Of a DNA stretch of 64,000 bases, positions 62,929 to 64,000 are shown in pieces (within the stretch, counting starts at the first letter, position 1; each line of letters opens with the position of its first letter). Both the position numbers and the translations under genes were made by a program. This stretch comes from Nitrososphaerota archaeon (lineage in GTDB: Archaea > Thermoproteota > Nitrososphaeria > Nitrososphaerales > Gagatemarchaeaceae), in assembly GCA_027320175.1 (NCBI GenBank), contig DAHVLU010000024.1:16349-80348 (forward strand), in the 5' to 3' direction. The notes beneath the pieces were generated by a model. The model saw only the letters and a program-made list of their open reading frames with translations. It searched no databases and was not told the origin of the DNA.

Positions 62929-63720
62929 TTATGGCCGAGGCACGGTGACTTCCCCTAGCTGTACCTGATTTTTAGTCAGAACACCGACATACAGCGGCCC
63001 CCTGGCTCTGATGAAACGCTCGACCCGCCACCCCGTCCCGGTGACGATCTCTTCCATCTCTCTTGGCGAGACCAGCAGGTAGTCGAACCACTCCCCCACA
63101 TGGGCCCTGTATCTTATCCGCATCCTAATCTGTCCCGCCATCCTTCCCCTGGCCCTGTTCCAGCGCTGATACCGGAGATGGTCTGGGTTGTCAGTCTTGT
63201 ACGGGTCCACGCTCGAGCAGATGATGACGGCGTCCTTGGACGTCATGGCCCACAGTTTCTTCAGCAGGCGTCTCGCCTTGTTCCTGTTGCCGAAGAGACC
63301 AAAATTGTTGCCATACATGATCACGGTTTCGAACGACCCAGAGGCGAAGGCGATATCTTCGAACGCCATCAGGCGCGTCCTCCTGATGCCCCGGGCCCTG
63401 GCCACTCTGAGGGTGAGCGGCGAGCTGTCGACACCGAGTACTTCGAGTTTTCTATACCTCTGCAGATAGAGCGCCACCCTACCCGCGCCGCATCCGACGT
63501 CGAGGACTCTGCCCTTTGCGAAGACGATTCCCTTCCTCTCGACGGAGTCCCAGTCTTTCAGCGGGGCGAAGTACCCCTGGGGGAGGGTCTCGGAGGGGTC
63601 GATTAGGCCGTCCTCCCTTTCCACGGTCTCGTGCCCCTCGCGTCGAGTGAAGTAGTCCCAGACCTCGTGGCCGTAGGCGTCGGCGTCGACACGTCTCAAC
63701 AGGGTAGGAGCACTGCCCAC
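62929..63720 (-). CDS. Class I SAM-dependent methyltransferase
   Basis: VEREDG, VLDVGCGAGR, GVDSSP, FETVIMYGNNFG, WFDYLLVS. Confidence 0.88.
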   Translation of the reverse strand: MGSAPTLLRRVDADAYGHEVWDYFTRREGHETVEREDGLIDPSETLPQGYFAPLKDWDSVERKGIVFAKGRVLDVGCGAGRVALYLQRYRKLEVLGVDSSPLTLRVARARGIRRTRLMAFEDIAFASGSFETVIMYGNNFGLFGNRNKARRLLKKLWAMTSKDAVIICSSVDPYKTDNPDHLRYQRWNRARGRMAGQIRMRIRYRAHVGEWFDYLLVSPREMEEIVTGTGWRVERFIRARGPLYVGVLTKNQVQLGEVTVPRP

Positions 63721-63805
63721 GACGCTATCAACCTTGACCCGAGGGGTCGTCCGCTCCGCCAGCCTCGACTACACGCTTTTCCGTCGTCAATCTCGCACCG
63801 CCGCC

Positions 63806-64000
63806 ATGGGCACCTCCGGGGTGATGTTCGACTGGGACGGGGTCCTGATGGATTCCCTCGGGGCGAGCTTCAACGTCTACAACAAGATCTTCGCCAAGCT
63901 CGGAGTCAGAGAGCTCACAAAGGCGGAGTTTCTCGAGTTCCAGAGCCCTAACTGGTACGAGTTCTATGAGAGAATAGGGCTCCCCGAACGCTTTTGGAAA
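63806..64000 (+). CDS. HAD-superfamily hydrolase (3' truncated by window edge)
   Basis: Hand translation MGTSGVMFDWDGVLMDS (motif I DxDGxLxDS). Confidence 0.88.
   Translation, partial: MGTSGVMFDWDGVLMDSLGASFNVYNKIFAKLGVRELTKAEFLEFQSPNWYEFYERIGLPERFWK

Overview
This is a GC-rich archaeal chromosome segment from the TACK group. Gene content (PolD, Elf1, PolB2 cassette, thaumarchaeal-type neighbourhoods) suggests a non-ammonia-oxidising Nitrososphaerota lineage; that assignment is inference. Most of the window is core information-processing genes. Translation and transcription: srp54, pus10, rpl21e, rpoF, ksgA, rpl10e, dph2, csl4, rpoL, tfs, rpl44e-rps27e-aIF2a-nop10, elf1. Replication and repair: GINS, priS, PCNA, topoisomerase IA, XPD, PolD DP1 and DP2, cdc6. 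Other: aglB, gcvHT, cofE, tmk, secG, glyA, thyX, GGGP synthase. There are two tRNAs: Leu-CAG, and Ser-CGA with two introns. A probable replication origin with ORB repeats lies at about 56.5-56.9 kb. The most unusual element is a ~4 kb island between PCNA and rpl44e. It encodes two Zn-finger/HNH nucleases, a PD-(D/E)XK-type nuclease and an 824-aa protein ending in a Cas1 catalytic domain with the E/H/D residues present. That domain is fused to an apparently degenerate Hel308-like helicase/winged-helix region and Zn fingers, and no CRISPR array, cas2 or casposon PolB was seen in the island. The second notable feature is origin-proximal, orientation-biased short-repeat arrays (GTTCAC pairs; TGTGA/TCACA) next to winged-helix genes, one of them predicted to be membrane-anchored. 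All family assignments come from motif recognition by eye; no searches were run.
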